Notes: generated by a model from the sequence alone, not told the origin. Numbered from the stretch's first letter, positions 10,435 through 22,269 are shown. The stretch is 64,000 nt of DNA from Trichormus sp. ATA11-4-KO1 (GCA_019358915.1 JAHHIM010000073.1:160001-224000), one strand, 5' to 3'. Numbers and translations: made by a program.

Positions 10435-10706
10435 ATTATGTGCTTTCTCATATCTCGCATCAGTACATCCATTCCGCCTCGGAATTCATTTTGAGCCTCA
10501 TCGCCAAAGGTTTAATTAAACAATATATTCTTCTTCCCCTGCTTTAGGGCAGATTTATTAGTGACTATTATGCTTAATCATACTGAGGCATTAAACCTTT
10601 AATGATGCCAAGCAAGCCAAGAAAGCAAGAGAAAAGTTCATGAATCATTTAGGACTGCGATCGCTGCTTCTTGATATTATTCTTGATGCACCTACAATCA
10701 ACAAAA

Positions 10707-10961
10707 ATGGACGAACATCAGCGTCGCTCTTATTGGCGTGCTAATACTGCATTAATTCGTAATCTTTTAATTGTCTGGGCACTGGTTTCCATAATTTTCA
10801 GTATTTTACTGGTTCAACCATTAAACGCAATCCGTTTTTTTGGTGTACCGTTAGGCTTTTGGATGGCACAGCAAGGCTCAATCCTCGTATTTGTGGCATT
10901 AATTTTTATTTATGCCTTCCAAATGGACAAGCTAGACCGCAAACATAATCTTAGGAAGTGA
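10707..10961 (+). CDS. DUF4212-type small membrane subunit of a solute symporter
   Basis: YWRAN...PLGFWMAQQGS motif; immediately upstream of the SSS gene; ATG at 10707 preferred over the longer ORF. Confidence 0.85.
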   Translation: MDEHQRRSYWRANTALIRNLLIVWALVSIIFSILLVQPLNAIRFFGVPLGFWMAQQGSILVFVALIFIYAFQMDKLDRKHNLRK

Positions 10962-10970
10962 GGCAAAACC

Positions 10971-12626
10971 GTGTCAGTGGAAATTTGGACGATTTTGTTG
11001 GTAGGACTCTCCTTCCTGGGTTACATTTACATTGGTTGGCAATCACGAGTTAAAAATAGTAAAGATTTTTTTGTCGCAGGTCAGGGAATACCCTCAATTG
11101 CTAATGGTGCAGCCACCGCCGCAGACTGGATGTCCGCAGCTTCGTTTATTTCTATGGCGGGGCTAATTTCTTTTTTGGGCTATGACGGGTCTATTTATTT
11201 GATGGGTTGGACTGGCGGTTATGTGTTGCTGGCATTGTTGTTGGCTCCTTACCTGCGGAAATTTGGTAAATATACAGTGCCGGATTTTGTAGGCGATCGC
11301 TACTACTCGAATGTGGCACGTTTAGTGGCAGTAGTTGCAGCTATTTTTGTCTCTCTTACCTATGTTGCTGGACAAATGCGAGGCGTAGGTATTGTTTTTA
11401 GCCGCTTTCTGCAAGTAGATATCAATACAGGTGTGATCATCGGCATGGTGATTGTCGGCTTTTTTGCGGTGCTGGGAGGCATGAAAGGTATTACCTGGAC
11501 GCAAGTAGCCCAGTATGCAGTGTTGATTTTTGCTTATCTGATTCCGGCGGTGGCGATCGCTTGGTTACTTACAGGCAATCCCATCCCCCAGTTAGCATTT
11601 ACATTTAGTGATGTGGCTGACAAACTCAATCAAATTCAAGTTGATTTGGGTTTTCGGGAATATACTGAGCCGTTTGTGAATAAATCGATGCTAGATGTAC
11701 TGTTCACCACTATCGCTCTGATGGTAGGGACTGCTGGCTTACCTCATATTATTGTCAGGTTTTACACAGTTCCTAGTGTCCGCGCTGCTCGTTTCTCTGC
11801 GGGTTGGGCATTATTATTTATTGCCATTCTTTATACCACGGCTCCTGCCCTTTCCATGTTTGCCCGCTATAATCTCATTGAATCTCTGCACAATCATACG
11901 GTTACTGAAGTACAACAGCTAGACTGGGCAACTAAGTGGGAAAAAACCGGACTGCTGAACTTTGAAGACAAAAATCAAGATGGGCGTTACCAGCTAACTC
12001 CAAACGCAGACACCAACGAAATTAAAATTGACCGAGATATTATTGTACTTTCTACCCCAGAAGTAGCGAAACTTGCCCCTTGGGTAATTGCCTTAGTAGC
12101 GGCTGGTGGGTTAGCTGCTGCTTTGTCTACAGCCTCGGGTTTGTTGCTAGTAATTTCTAGTTCCGTTGCCCATGATATCTACTACCGCATATTAGATTCC
12201 CAAGCTTCAGAACAAAAACGGGTATTTGTGGGGCGGATCATGGTAGGTGTTTCTCTAGTCCTCGCCGGATATTTTGGAGTGAATCCGCCGGGATTTGTGA
12301 GTGAAGTGGTGGCTTTTGCCTTTGGTTTAGCTGCTGCTAGCTTCTTTCCGGTGATTTTTTTGGGCATATTCGATAAACGTACCAATTCCCAAGGTGCGAT
12401 CGCTGGGATGTTGACGGGTTTGATTTTTACCATCATCTACATCATTGGCGTCAAATTTGCAGGTATGCAGCCTTGGTTTTTTGGCGTTTCTCCCGAAGGA
12501 ATTGGCACTTTGGGAATGGTGATCAACTTTGTGGTTACCTTAGTAGTTTCTCGTCTCACACCCCCTCCTCCAGCAGAAATCCAGGCGCTGGTGGAAGATT
12601 TACGTTCTCCTGCTATTGAAGGATAA
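10971..12626 (+). CDS. Sodium:solute symporter, cation/acetate symporter ActP-like
   Basis: NGAATAADWMSAASF, GGMKGITWTQVAQY, GTAGLPHII motifs; many TM helices. Confidence 0.9.
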   Translation: MSVEIWTILLVGLSFLGYIYIGWQSRVKNSKDFFVAGQGIPSIANGAATAADWMSAASFISMAGLISFLGYDGSIYLMGWTGGYVLLALLLAPYLRKFGKYTVPDFVGDRYYSNVARLVAVVAAIFVSLTYVAGQMRGVGIVFSRFLQVDINTGVIIGMVIVGFFAVLGGMKGITWTQVAQYAVLIFAYLIPAVAIAWLLTGNPIPQLAFTFSDVADKLNQIQVDLGFREYTEPFVNKSMLDVLFTTIALMVGTAGLPHIIVRFYTVPSVRAARFSAGWALLFIAILYTTAPALSMFARYNLIESLHNHTVTEVQQLDWATKWEKTGLLNFEDKNQDGRYQLTPNADTNEIKIDRDIIVLSTPEVAKLAPWVIALVAAGGLAAALSTASGLLLVISSSVAHDIYYRILDSQASEQKRVFVGRIMVGVSLVLAGYFGVNPPGFVSEVVAFAFGLAAASFFPVIFLGIFDKRTNSQGAIAGMLTGLIFTIIYIIGVKFAGMQPWFFGVSPEGIGTLGMVINFVVTLVVSRLTPPPPAEIQALVEDLRSPAIEG

Positions 12627-12718
12627 CCATTAACTAAGACCTGTGGGAATCTGCGAAACGTTGCGCTAAAACTAAATTAATCACCCCAATCCCGTTTTGT
12701 AGTGACCTAATAATTATT

Positions 12719-12768
12719 GTGGGGTGGGCTTCTAGCCCGCCCATAACAGGCAAGATGCCTGTTCCACA
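12719..12768. repeat. REP-like palindromic repeat
   Basis: GTGGGGTGGGCTTCTAGCCCGCCC..ACAGGCAAGATGCCTGTTCCAC; related copy at 31224-31258. Confidence 0.65.
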
Positions 12769-12815
12769 AGAAAATCTTACTCCATAGCGAAGAAACTCAC
12801 GCAGAGACGCAGAGT

Positions 12816-13943
12816 CTAAACTTTGAGAAACCAGTTTTGGCGATACATCAGAATAGCAACTGCTAACCAGAATAAAACAGTGACTAGGGCGAATAATAAT
12901 GAACCATTTAGCGTACCTGCCCAAGATGCAAAAATATTTTGATAAATCCAATTGTAAGTAGTAAGCGCGTTTTCCTCTCTACCGATTTTGGTTCTGACTA
13001 AGATTTTAATTAATAAGACGGAAGCAGTAAACAGTGCGATCGCATTTAAGCCCATCACTTCAAAAGGCTTACTCCAGCGACGTATCAGCCGCACTTCAAT
13101 CAGTTCATAACAAGCTGCAAGTAATAATAATGCCCAACCACTGCTGAAGATAACATAGGAACTTGTCCAAAGTTTTTTGTTGATGGGAAATGTCCATCCC
13201 CAAACCCAACCAATAATTAGGCAACCAATGCCAAATAATGCTAAACCTATGCTTGTACGAGATGTTATGGGCTGTTTGCGTATCCATTCCCCTGTAAAGT
13301 AGCCAGCGAGAACATTGACAATAGCAGGTATAGTGCTAAATAATCCCTCTGGATCTCCCAATTTTTGATAACCGTCACCTGCGTATAAATGAGCCTGGGG
13401 AATAATCAATCTATCAACATAAGCGCCAAAATTTCCTTTCCGCGTCAGTACACCCGCGCCATAATCGGGAAGCGGTACATACATCATGGTTAGCCAGTAA
13501 CCGATAAGTAAGACACCTGCTAATATCCATTGTCCTTTGCGTGGTAGGTTGAGGACTGCGAGGGAGGCAAACAAGTATGCCAGACTGATTCTTTGTAATA
13601 CACCCATAATGCGGATATTACTTAAATCAAAAGTCCAAATCCCCTGATTCCAAAAGCCATTTAGTAGTAACCCCAAAGCGAAAAGTATGACGGCGCGGCG
13701 CAAGATTCGCCAGTAAATGGCTGAGGTGGGTTTGTTGGCTGCGGTGTACTTTGATAAGGAGAAATTCATGGCTACACCAACAATGAATAGAAAAAAGGGA
13801 AATACCAAGTCTGTTGGTGTGCAACCATGCCAATCAGCATGGGCTAAGGGGGGATAGACATCACTTGCGACTCCTGCCATGTTAACAAGAATCATCCCAG
13901 CAATGGTGATACCGCGAAACACATCCAGTGAAGTCAGGCGCAT
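12816..13943 (-). CDS. Heparan-alpha-glucosaminide N-acetyltransferase-like (NagX) membrane protein
   Basis: RLTSLDVFRG, HADWHG.TPTDLVFPFF, GVLQRI, DPEG, PINKKLWTSSY. Confidence 0.88.
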   Translation of the reverse strand: MRLTSLDVFRGITIAGMILVNMAGVASDVYPPLAHADWHGCTPTDLVFPFFLFIVGVAMNFSLSKYTAANKPTSAIYWRILRRAVILFALGLLLNGFWNQGIWTFDLSNIRIMGVLQRISLAYLFASLAVLNLPRKGQWILAGVLLIGYWLTMMYVPLPDYGAGVLTRKGNFGAYVDRLIIPQAHLYAGDGYQKLGDPEGLFSTIPAIVNVLAGYFTGEWIRKQPITSRTSIGLALFGIGCLIIGWVWGWTFPINKKLWTSSYVIFSSGWALLLLAACYELIEVRLIRRWSKPFEVMGLNAIALFTASVLLIKILVRTKIGREENALTTYNWIYQNIFASWAGTLNGSLLFALVTVLFWLAVAILMYRQNWFLKV

Positions 13944-14213
13944 GGGCGGAATTGTTTGTTTGATGAGTATCTAAAATATCCCGCCTGATGTAAACAATCA
14001 AGTAAATTTTCAAGTTTGTGGTTATACGCGAGACAGAAAGTATTTAGACGTGAGTCTCCAAGGAAGGCACACCTGCGGGAAGGGCGAAAGAAACAGAATC
14101 CTCCGGACTGTCGAACTCAAGTTGAGTAATGCTGATTTAACACTGAGAAGTTCCAGAAATACTGGAACCCCTAAACATAGATAGTTGATAGCTAAATTAG
14201 ATACAACTAATCT

Positions 14214-15308
<1,095 letters not shown>

Positions 15309-15340
15309 TTACTTGTAACTCAGCACTCACCATTTACCAC

Positions 15341-16000
15341 TCAAATATACGGTGAAATATCCTCACCACATTCATCTGCTAAATAGGAGAGGGCGCGAAA
15401 ACGTAAACCCACAAGTTGCTCATATAGTGGGTTGATTTTACATAAGGGTGGTATATGAACAATTTTGCGTCCAAATAAAGTGATATCTCGTTCAAAGGGA
15501 CACTGGGAGGGAATCATTTTGCACAAAAAACGGGCAACTCTGGGATCTTGGATTTCTAGCCCGTCTAGCCAGTCACGCAGGGGACAAAGTGCATCTTGTG
15601 GCGGTGCGGTGAGTGCTGACACCTGTCCTTCGTCGTCTAGGGTGTGGCGTAAGGACTCTAGAATATCTTTTGGCTGTTCTAAAGCCTCACACAACTGCTG
15701 CATTACTCGATCTTCTTTGGGAGAATATGTACCGTTGGCGATCGCTACCATTACGGCTGTCCGAACAAAGTTTTCTGCTACTGATGTCCCTTTACCCAAT
15801 ACAGTGGCTAATTCTTCTGGTTCAATGACCTTTAGTGAATCCAACTCAATATCTGGAGCTAATTCATCTTCAGTCAGACTGGTAATTAATTGCTGTTCTT
15901 CAGGATCAAAGTTACCATCTGCCCAAGCAATTGTGAGCAGTCCACGTAACCAAGCGGTAATTTGTTCGTTACTGTAGGGGGATTGAACGGCACTTGTCAT
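15341..16000 (-). CDS. TerB-like plus 'Mo-dependent nitrogenase C-terminal' domain protein
   Basis: IAWADG N-terminal part; C-terminal CKMIPSQCPFERD...CKINPLYEQLVGLRFRAL; ATG at 16000 preferred. Confidence 0.85.
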   Translation of the reverse strand: MTSAVQSPYSNEQITAWLRGLLTIAWADGNFDPEEQQLITSLTEDELAPDIELDSLKVIEPEELATVLGKGTSVAENFVRTAVMVAIANGTYSPKEDRVMQQLCEALEQPKDILESLRHTLDDEGQVSALTAPPQDALCPLRDWLDGLEIQDPRVARFLCKMIPSQCPFERDITLFGRKIVHIPPLCKINPLYEQLVGLRFRALSYLADECGEDISPYI

Positions 16001-16427
16001 ACACTCACGCCTCAAATTTACCTAAGTTAATACTAGGTTATCTTACATAGTGATACACAGTAGTTTTGTGGTTATTGGGTTTGGACGCGATCGCCTCATC
16101 AACTAATTCAACCAAAAAAATTGAGAATTTTTTCTATTTAAATCAAAAAAAAGTGAGTTAATCTGTGTAATAGAGGTGTTTGTGAAAAAGACTAAAGTGA
16201 ACCTCAGTGTTCTTCAAACACTATTAAGTCACCTCTAATCAATAAATGTAAAGCTTTAAGCAGCAAGTAGAACTACACAGGCTCCAAATTAACAGCAATT
16301 TTTGGTGTTGTAGGTTACAAAAATCATAATTTAATTAATGCAAAATAATCTCATATAGAATACTGCTGGCATCTCGTGTCGCGCCAGTGCAACTCGGATG
16401 ATCTCAATCAATTGTAATTAAGTAAAC

Positions 16428-17531
16428 ATGAAGTTCTATTTTGGCATTGAGCATGAAGTCGCTTTCCTGAACCAGGAAGGACAATTTGCTGATTTTTCCC
16501 AGACCAAATTCGCTGATTTCAATCAAATTGTGGAAAGACTACCCACATACCCCGATGATTATTCTCAACTGCGCGTTGGGGATGCTGGTATTAGGCAAAA
16601 GAGATGGTACATTGAGGGGTTTGAAAGATTTGCCGATTCTGATAAGGTGATCGATTGCTTACCTAAAGGCATTGAAATCAGAACTACCATACACTCTAAT
16701 ATTCAAGGCGCTCTTACTGAATTGTCAGAAAGTTTTCGCTTGCTGCGTGAGGTTGCTGCTAACTACGGTTTCTCACCAGTTTTAGCTAGTTTTAATCCCT
16801 ACAAAACTGTTTTTGAGCCGCAACCCCCTTTGAATGATTACGAACTCAAACAGCTACAGGCTTATCCTGACGAACGAACTGCCAATATTTACATGGTGAC
16901 ATATGGTCCAGATTTGAATATTTCAGTAGCAGACTTGCCAATTAAAAGTGTAATTGATATTGGTAAAAAGTTAACTTATTACAGTCCTTATATCGTTCCT
17001 TTTACTTATAGTTCGCCTTTTTATAACGGTGGTTTATGGTCAGGATTATCAGTCCGAACTTTTGTCAGAACTGGAAAAAGATCGGCAACTTTAGTGTTTG
17101 TCCAAAAACAAGAACAGCTAATTAATAGCGTACCTTCATTGACAAAAATCGCCCGTATTCCGGCTGAAGTGGGACGCATTGAATTCAAAGCTTGTGATAG
17201 TTGTGATGATTTTTCTATCTATGCGGCTTTGTTAGCTTTGTTGAAAGGTTTGATATTAGATAAAACTTTACTAGGTAGGGCAACTATACCTGATGCAGAT
17301 TTGCATCAAATTTCGGCAAAAGAAGGTTTTGATAATGAAGATATTTTTAATAATGCGACAAAGCTTTTACAAGTAGCTGAGATTGCCCTTAGTAATGACC
17401 CAGATATTAATTTATTAACACCACTCAAAGTCATGCTGGCACAGCGCAAAACCAAATCTCATGAACTAATTGAAATGTTCCAACAAGTAGGATCAATTGA
17501 AGAGGCTATCAGACATACTTACCAATCTTAA
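16428..17531 (+). CDS. Glutamate-cysteine ligase family 2 (GCS2)-like carboxylate-amine ligase
   Basis: N-terminal FGIEHE, IEIRT, SSPFY, GRIEFKACD. Confidence 0.75.
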   Translation: MKFYFGIEHEVAFLNQEGQFADFSQTKFADFNQIVERLPTYPDDYSQLRVGDAGIRQKRWYIEGFERFADSDKVIDCLPKGIEIRTTIHSNIQGALTELSESFRLLREVAANYGFSPVLASFNPYKTVFEPQPPLNDYELKQLQAYPDERTANIYMVTYGPDLNISVADLPIKSVIDIGKKLTYYSPYIVPFTYSSPFYNGGLWSGLSVRTFVRTGKRSATLVFVQKQEQLINSVPSLTKIARIPAEVGRIEFKACDSCDDFSIYAALLALLKGLILDKTLLGRATIPDADLHQISAKEGFDNEDIFNNATKLLQVAEIALSNDPDINLLTPLKVMLAQRKTKSHELIEMFQQVGSIEEAIRHTYQS

Positions 17532-17566
17532 ATAATCATTAATCTCAACCATCCTGGAGGTAAACA

Positions 17567-18418
17567 ATGACTTTCGTAAATCAAGCGTCTACAGCGAAAA
17601 TTACGGGTGTTGCAGAGACTTTAATGATAACACTGTATGCTCGGTATTTGGAAACAAAACGAGATGACGGTATTATTCAAGATAAAAAAGCTGTTGAGAT
17701 AGTCGAGAAAATCGATTATGATTTTACAAAATTTGCTTCAGGATGGGCTTCTCTTTTGGGAAGTGCAATTAGAGCTAAAAGATTTGATCATGGTGTGAGT
17801 GATTTTATTAAAAATCACCCTAATGCTGTAATAGTCAATTTAGGTTCTGGGCTGTGTACGAGATTTTTTCGAGTTGAAAATGGTAAAATAAGTTGGTATG
17901 AAGTTGATTTTCCAGAAGTAATTGAACTGCGGCAGAAACTTATATCAGAAACAGATAGATACAAATTTATTGGTAAATCTATATTTAATTTTACCTGGAT
18001 GGATGAAATTCAGCAAGTGCCTGGCCAACCGATGCTGATAATTGCTGAGGGTGTATCTATGTATCTCACAAAAGTACAGCATCTCGATTTGTTTAAACAG
18101 ATACGCGATCGCTTTGAAAGTGTAGAGATGATTATCGATATTGTCAGTCCAGCATTTGCCAGAAATACACAGGGACATGATACTGTTTCTAAAACCAATG
18201 CTGAGTTTAAATGGGGAATCAAGAAAGTTACAGAACTAGAAACATGGGGTTTAGGCATTAAAGTTCTGGACATCGATTATTATTTAACTAATTTTGCCCA
18301 ATATCCTCACCGATTACAACCTTTTTGGCTCAAGTATTTTATATTTATTTTAGTTCCTATATTTAGCAACTCTAGTCGCATAGTGCATATGCAGATTAGT
18401 CAAAGTACTTCCGCATAA
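17567..18418 (+). CDS. Class I SAM-dependent methyltransferase (LCM/TcmP-like O-methyltransferase)
   Basis: ETLMITLYAR, VNLGSGLCTR, WYEVDFPEV, IAEGVSMY; GGAGG RBS upstream. Confidence 0.88.
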   Translation: MTFVNQASTAKITGVAETLMITLYARYLETKRDDGIIQDKKAVEIVEKIDYDFTKFASGWASLLGSAIRAKRFDHGVSDFIKNHPNAVIVNLGSGLCTRFFRVENGKISWYEVDFPEVIELRQKLISETDRYKFIGKSIFNFTWMDEIQQVPGQPMLIIAEGVSMYLTKVQHLDLFKQIRDRFESVEMIIDIVSPAFARNTQGHDTVSKTNAEFKWGIKKVTELETWGLGIKVLDIDYYLTNFAQYPHRLQPFWLKYFIFILVPIFSNSSRIVHMQISQSTSA

Positions 18419-18469
18419 AAATATCCTCCAAAAGGAAAAATTTGATTTTTGACCAGCCCTCAATACTTG

Positions 18470-20326
18470 CTAGTCTGCTGTTGACTGTTGTACTTGAAGA
18501 TTTAGGTTAATTTCCTGACTTGGTGGCAGTTTTTCTAGAGGAATCAGTACTTCCATCACCGCTTTCACAATTGGTGCAGCCACGGTAGAACCATAAGCAT
18601 TTGCTCCCTTTGGCTCATCGGCTAGCGCCAGCACTACATAGCGGGGAGATTCTACTGGCAAAATACTCACAAAGCTAGTGATTCTAGCGTCTTTAATATA
18701 GCCGCCATGAGGACTAGCTTTTTGGGCTGTACCTGTTTTGCCAGCAATGCGATATCCCGGAATTGTTGCAGGCTTGCCAGTACCTTCCGATACTACTTTT
18801 TCCATCATTTCCACCACAGTTTGGGCTGTTTGTGCGGAAAAAATTTGCCGGGGTGTGGGACGATTGGGTGAATAGTGGATCTGCCCTTTGGTATCCACCA
18901 ATCCTTGAACTACATGGGGTGTGACTAATTTACCACCATTAGCTAAAGCTCCGTGCATTTGTACCAACTGTAATGGTGTGAGGGAGAAGCCTTGACCAAA
19001 AGATGTAGTTGCTGCTTCAATGGGCGAGCCAAGAAATTCTTCTTGACTTTTGAGCTGTCCACGCACTTCAAAAGGTAAATCTGTCTCAACGGTTTGCCCC
19101 AGCCCCAAGCGTTCTAGCCAGTTGTAATAAACTGAAGGCTTCAGGCGTTGGATAATTTGTACCATGCCAATATTGCTAGAAGTTTCCAGAATTCTCGTAA
19201 TGTTGACGCGTCCATAACTATTGTGCCCGGCATTTCTGATGGTGTGCTTACCCACGCGAATAGAACCGGGATCATTAAAGACATCATCTGGTTTAATGGC
19301 ACCATTTTCCAGAGCGATCGCCACATTCAACGGCTTGAAAGTTGATCCCGGTTCATAAAGATCAGCCACCGTCCAGTTTTTGAATAGGGAAATATCTGCT
19401 TTAGAGTATTCGTTAGGGTTATAGGTAGGTTGAGAAACCAGGGCGAGTAAAGAACCATCTAAGGCATCCATCACAATTACTGCCCCGCGTTTCGCACCAA
19501 ACTTCTCCATTTGTGCTTGAAGTGCAGTGCGAGCAGCTCGTTGTAAACGGCTATCAATCGTCAGTTGCAGTCGCAGATCATCAAAATTGAGAAATCCTTC
19601 GGGTGCATGATTCGGCAGCAGTGCCCCGTTACCCGACCGACTCAGCCGCACTGTCTGCACAAAACGTTCTAGTAACTTTTCTTGACTATATTCCACACCT
19701 GCTTGACCGCGACGGTCAATATTGACATAGCCCACTACGTCAGCCACCAAATCTTTTTGCGGGTAAAATCGGGAGTATTTTTGAATTAGCTCCAAGCCAT
19801 CTAAGCGTAATGATTTCACGCGATCGGCAATTACTTCCGGCATGGTAGCAGCAAGTGTAATCCCACTTTTTTGGCTTTGAAAGGTTTTCACTAACTCAGC
19901 AGTGGTTTTGTCCAATATGGGAGCAAGCTGTTCGGCGATTTGTTGATTCGACTGATTAAACAGCTTGGGATGGGCATACAAAATATACACGGGACGGTCA
20001 ACTGCCAATACATTGTGACTGCGATCTACTACTAAGCGCCGGGGGACGAAAGGTCGTAAATTCACCATTTGTTGGCTGCGCGCCCTCTGAGTTAACCTTG
20101 CTCCCCGAACAATTTGCAAATGATACAAATTAATAGCCAACCCCAACCCTGCGGTCATTAATATGCCCCATACCACAAACAATCGGGATTTAGGGTTGGC
20201 TATCTGGTCTTGAGGATTGGCGGTCAACCTCTCCACAAACGTTTGCTTAGAAGCCTTCTGTCGCCTTCTAAATGCTGGACTCCAAAAATTTTTGAATTTT
20301 AATCTACTCGGTGACTTCTGCATCAA
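18470..20326 (-). CDS. Class B penicillin-binding protein (FtsI/PBP3-like)
   Basis: YEPGSTFK (SxxK), SSN (SxN), GKTGT (KTG); N-terminal TM. Confidence 0.92.
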   Translation of the reverse strand: MMQKSPSRLKFKNFWSPAFRRRQKASKQTFVERLTANPQDQIANPKSRLFVVWGILMTAGLGLAINLYHLQIVRGARLTQRARSQQMVNLRPFVPRRLVVDRSHNVLAVDRPVYILYAHPKLFNQSNQQIAEQLAPILDKTTAELVKTFQSQKSGITLAATMPEVIADRVKSLRLDGLELIQKYSRFYPQKDLVADVVGYVNIDRRGQAGVEYSQEKLLERFVQTVRLSRSGNGALLPNHAPEGFLNFDDLRLQLTIDSRLQRAARTALQAQMEKFGAKRGAVIVMDALDGSLLALVSQPTYNPNEYSKADISLFKNWTVADLYEPGSTFKPLNVAIALENGAIKPDDVFNDPGSIRVGKHTIRNAGHNSYGRVNITRILETSSNIGMVQIIQRLKPSVYYNWLERLGLGQTVETDLPFEVRGQLKSQEEFLGSPIEAATTSFGQGFSLTPLQLVQMHGALANGGKLVTPHVVQGLVDTKGQIHYSPNRPTPRQIFSAQTAQTVVEMMEKVVSEGTGKPATIPGYRIAGKTGTAQKASPHGGYIKDARITSFVSILPVESPRYVVLALADEPKGANAYGSTVAAPIVKAVMEVLIPLEKLPPSQEINLNLQVQQSTAD

Positions 20327-20395
20327 ACTGCTTCCAGTATCATGGATAATTCATAAACCTATTTCTCCCCCGCTCCCCCACTCCCCCTACTTAAT

Positions 20396-21079
20396 TTAAT
20401 ATCCCAGTGGCGAGGGGGTTTGCTGTTGTGTTGGCGGATTTGGTGTTGTGCTGGAAGGTGTGGAATGAGGACTATGATCTGGCGATGCTGAGGGCAAGAA
20501 AATTGTCCTGGCTGGCGTTGGCGATACTAGCCCTGATGCTTGCTTTTCTGCTTCATCAGCCATTTTGTTCTTTAGGGTCGCGTTGGTTGTAATTAAGTGT
20601 CGTTCATGGAGTTGTAGGCTTTGTAGCCTGCGATATCCCTGACTCCACAGTTCTTGAGAATATACTGTCCAACCATAAACTACTAAAGTTGTTGCCACTA
20701 AGAAAAAAGTCACAATTGAGGCATAACGATGTGAGGTATACAACCGCAGCAACCAAGAAGGCGCTGCTCCCGAAGTAGACATCACAGGAAGCGGGGAAAA
20801 GCCTGACTGCGGATTTTTTTGTCCTGTACTTGACTGTTCTTGGCGGTGAAAGACTGGTTTTTTAGCCAAATCTTGCATTCCATTGGTAGCAGAAACCGAT
20901 AACTTTTTCGAGGAACGCCGTTGTCTTTTTGAGGATACTGACCCAGCATCCGCAAGTGTAGATGCACTCTGCGTGGCTGACTCTGGACGCTTGGAGCGTC
21001 GCTTCCCTAAAGATGGGGTAGAATTTTGCCGGAACCAAGAACCTGCTGTGGAAACAGCTGATTTACGAACTGCGGACAT
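20396..21079 (-). CDS. Hypothetical single-TM coiled-coil protein, FtsL-like position
   Basis: Basic disordered N-terminus, one TM helix, then coiled coil; directly upstream of the PBP gene. Confidence 0.7.
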   Translation of the reverse strand: MSAVRKSAVSTAGSWFRQNSTPSLGKRRSKRPESATQSASTLADAGSVSSKRQRRSSKKLSVSATNGMQDLAKKPVFHRQEQSSTGQKNPQSGFSPLPVMSTSGAAPSWLLRLYTSHRYASIVTFFLVATTLVVYGWTVYSQELWSQGYRRLQSLQLHERHLITTNATLKNKMADEAEKQASGLVSPTPARTIFLPSASPDHSPHSTPSSTTPNPPTQQQTPSPLGY

Positions 21080-21561
21080 AAATGTTTTTGAATTAAAAAT
21101 ACTGTGTTCGAGACTGTTTACCTGTGTTCGTTTAAGTAAGAATTGTGTTCTGTATCATCAGTACACATAACACCTTACCCTAAACCCTTCTCAGTGTTGT
21201 GATAGGTATCTGCACCAAATAATGGCTTCAACTTGATATTGCAATACTTAAACAATCACTAGGCAGTAATATTGCATCTAAAGTATGGCAACACAAGGCA
21301 GCAAGGGGCAAGTCCCAGAGAAAATAAACAATTTTTAGTTTGACGTCTTGATTTGCCACTAAATTTGGCAATCAATTTACTGTACTCCTTAACCAAACAA
21401 ACTAATCAGCCTACTGCATAATAACTACACTAAAAAAAATCAACCTAAAGGATTACTTTTAAAAATGTAATCACAAGGCATTTTAAAAATCAGCAACAAA
21501 TAGGTTATCGTATTCAACAGGCGAAAATTTTTTATTGCCACAATTGGTGAAAGAGGAGTTT

Positions 21562-21726
21562 ATGATGAAAACAAAAATCTTTGGTTTTGCTCTAATGTTA
21601 AGCTTGGCTGCGGTTCTCGGAGCTTGTGAAACTGGTACTGAACCTACTGGTACCCCAACTCCAGCAGCTCCAGGTGAGCCTACTGATGGTGCTACCCCTG
21701 CCCCTACACCCGCGACTACTCCGTAA
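21562..21726 (+). CDS. Small Pro/Thr-rich lipoprotein
   Basis: GAGGAG RBS, signal peptide with lipobox LGAC, mature part rich in TP repeats. Confidence 0.75.
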   Translation: MMKTKIFGFALMLSLAAVLGACETGTEPTGTPTPAAPGEPTDGATPAPTPATTP

Positions 21727-22269
21727 ATTGTCATCGTAGCGATCGCGCCCAAAACAGGTTAGTAATGGTGTTCTTCACTACAATAACTGGCAATAATTTA
21801 GTTTTGGGCCAATAGACCATCATTCTCTTGTTCGACAGTTTCCACTACGACCAAGTGTATGCATAAAACTTTCTGTTAGATAATTGACAAAAACTTGTTT
21901 TAATGCATAACTCGGACACTGAGTATGAGATAGAACATGAAGGTGAAAAAACCTGCACGTTCACTGGCAACGGTTTTTGACCATTATCCACAGTCCTTTG
22001 CAAATCTGGAAAAGCGACCTGGTAAAATGGCTTAGCGTTGCCAGATTTTTATGAAAAAATTGGTAATTATTGTTCTGATGTCAAGTTAGCTACAGTTTTA
22101 CTGGACTAATTTTGTCAGATTAATTTGCAAAAAGCAGGTGACCGATGGAGCGTCCTTTATATTCTCCTGTAGTCAACCTATGCCCTGACGTAGCCTGTTC
22201 TTAGGACTTACACAATTTTAAATCCGTCTGGGAAAGTCTGAAAATCATATAACCTGCTATGGTAGCTGT

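Noticed and set aside
15341..16000. Nitrogenase-related function
   Set aside because: The domain name is historical; there are no nif motifs or nif genes in the window.
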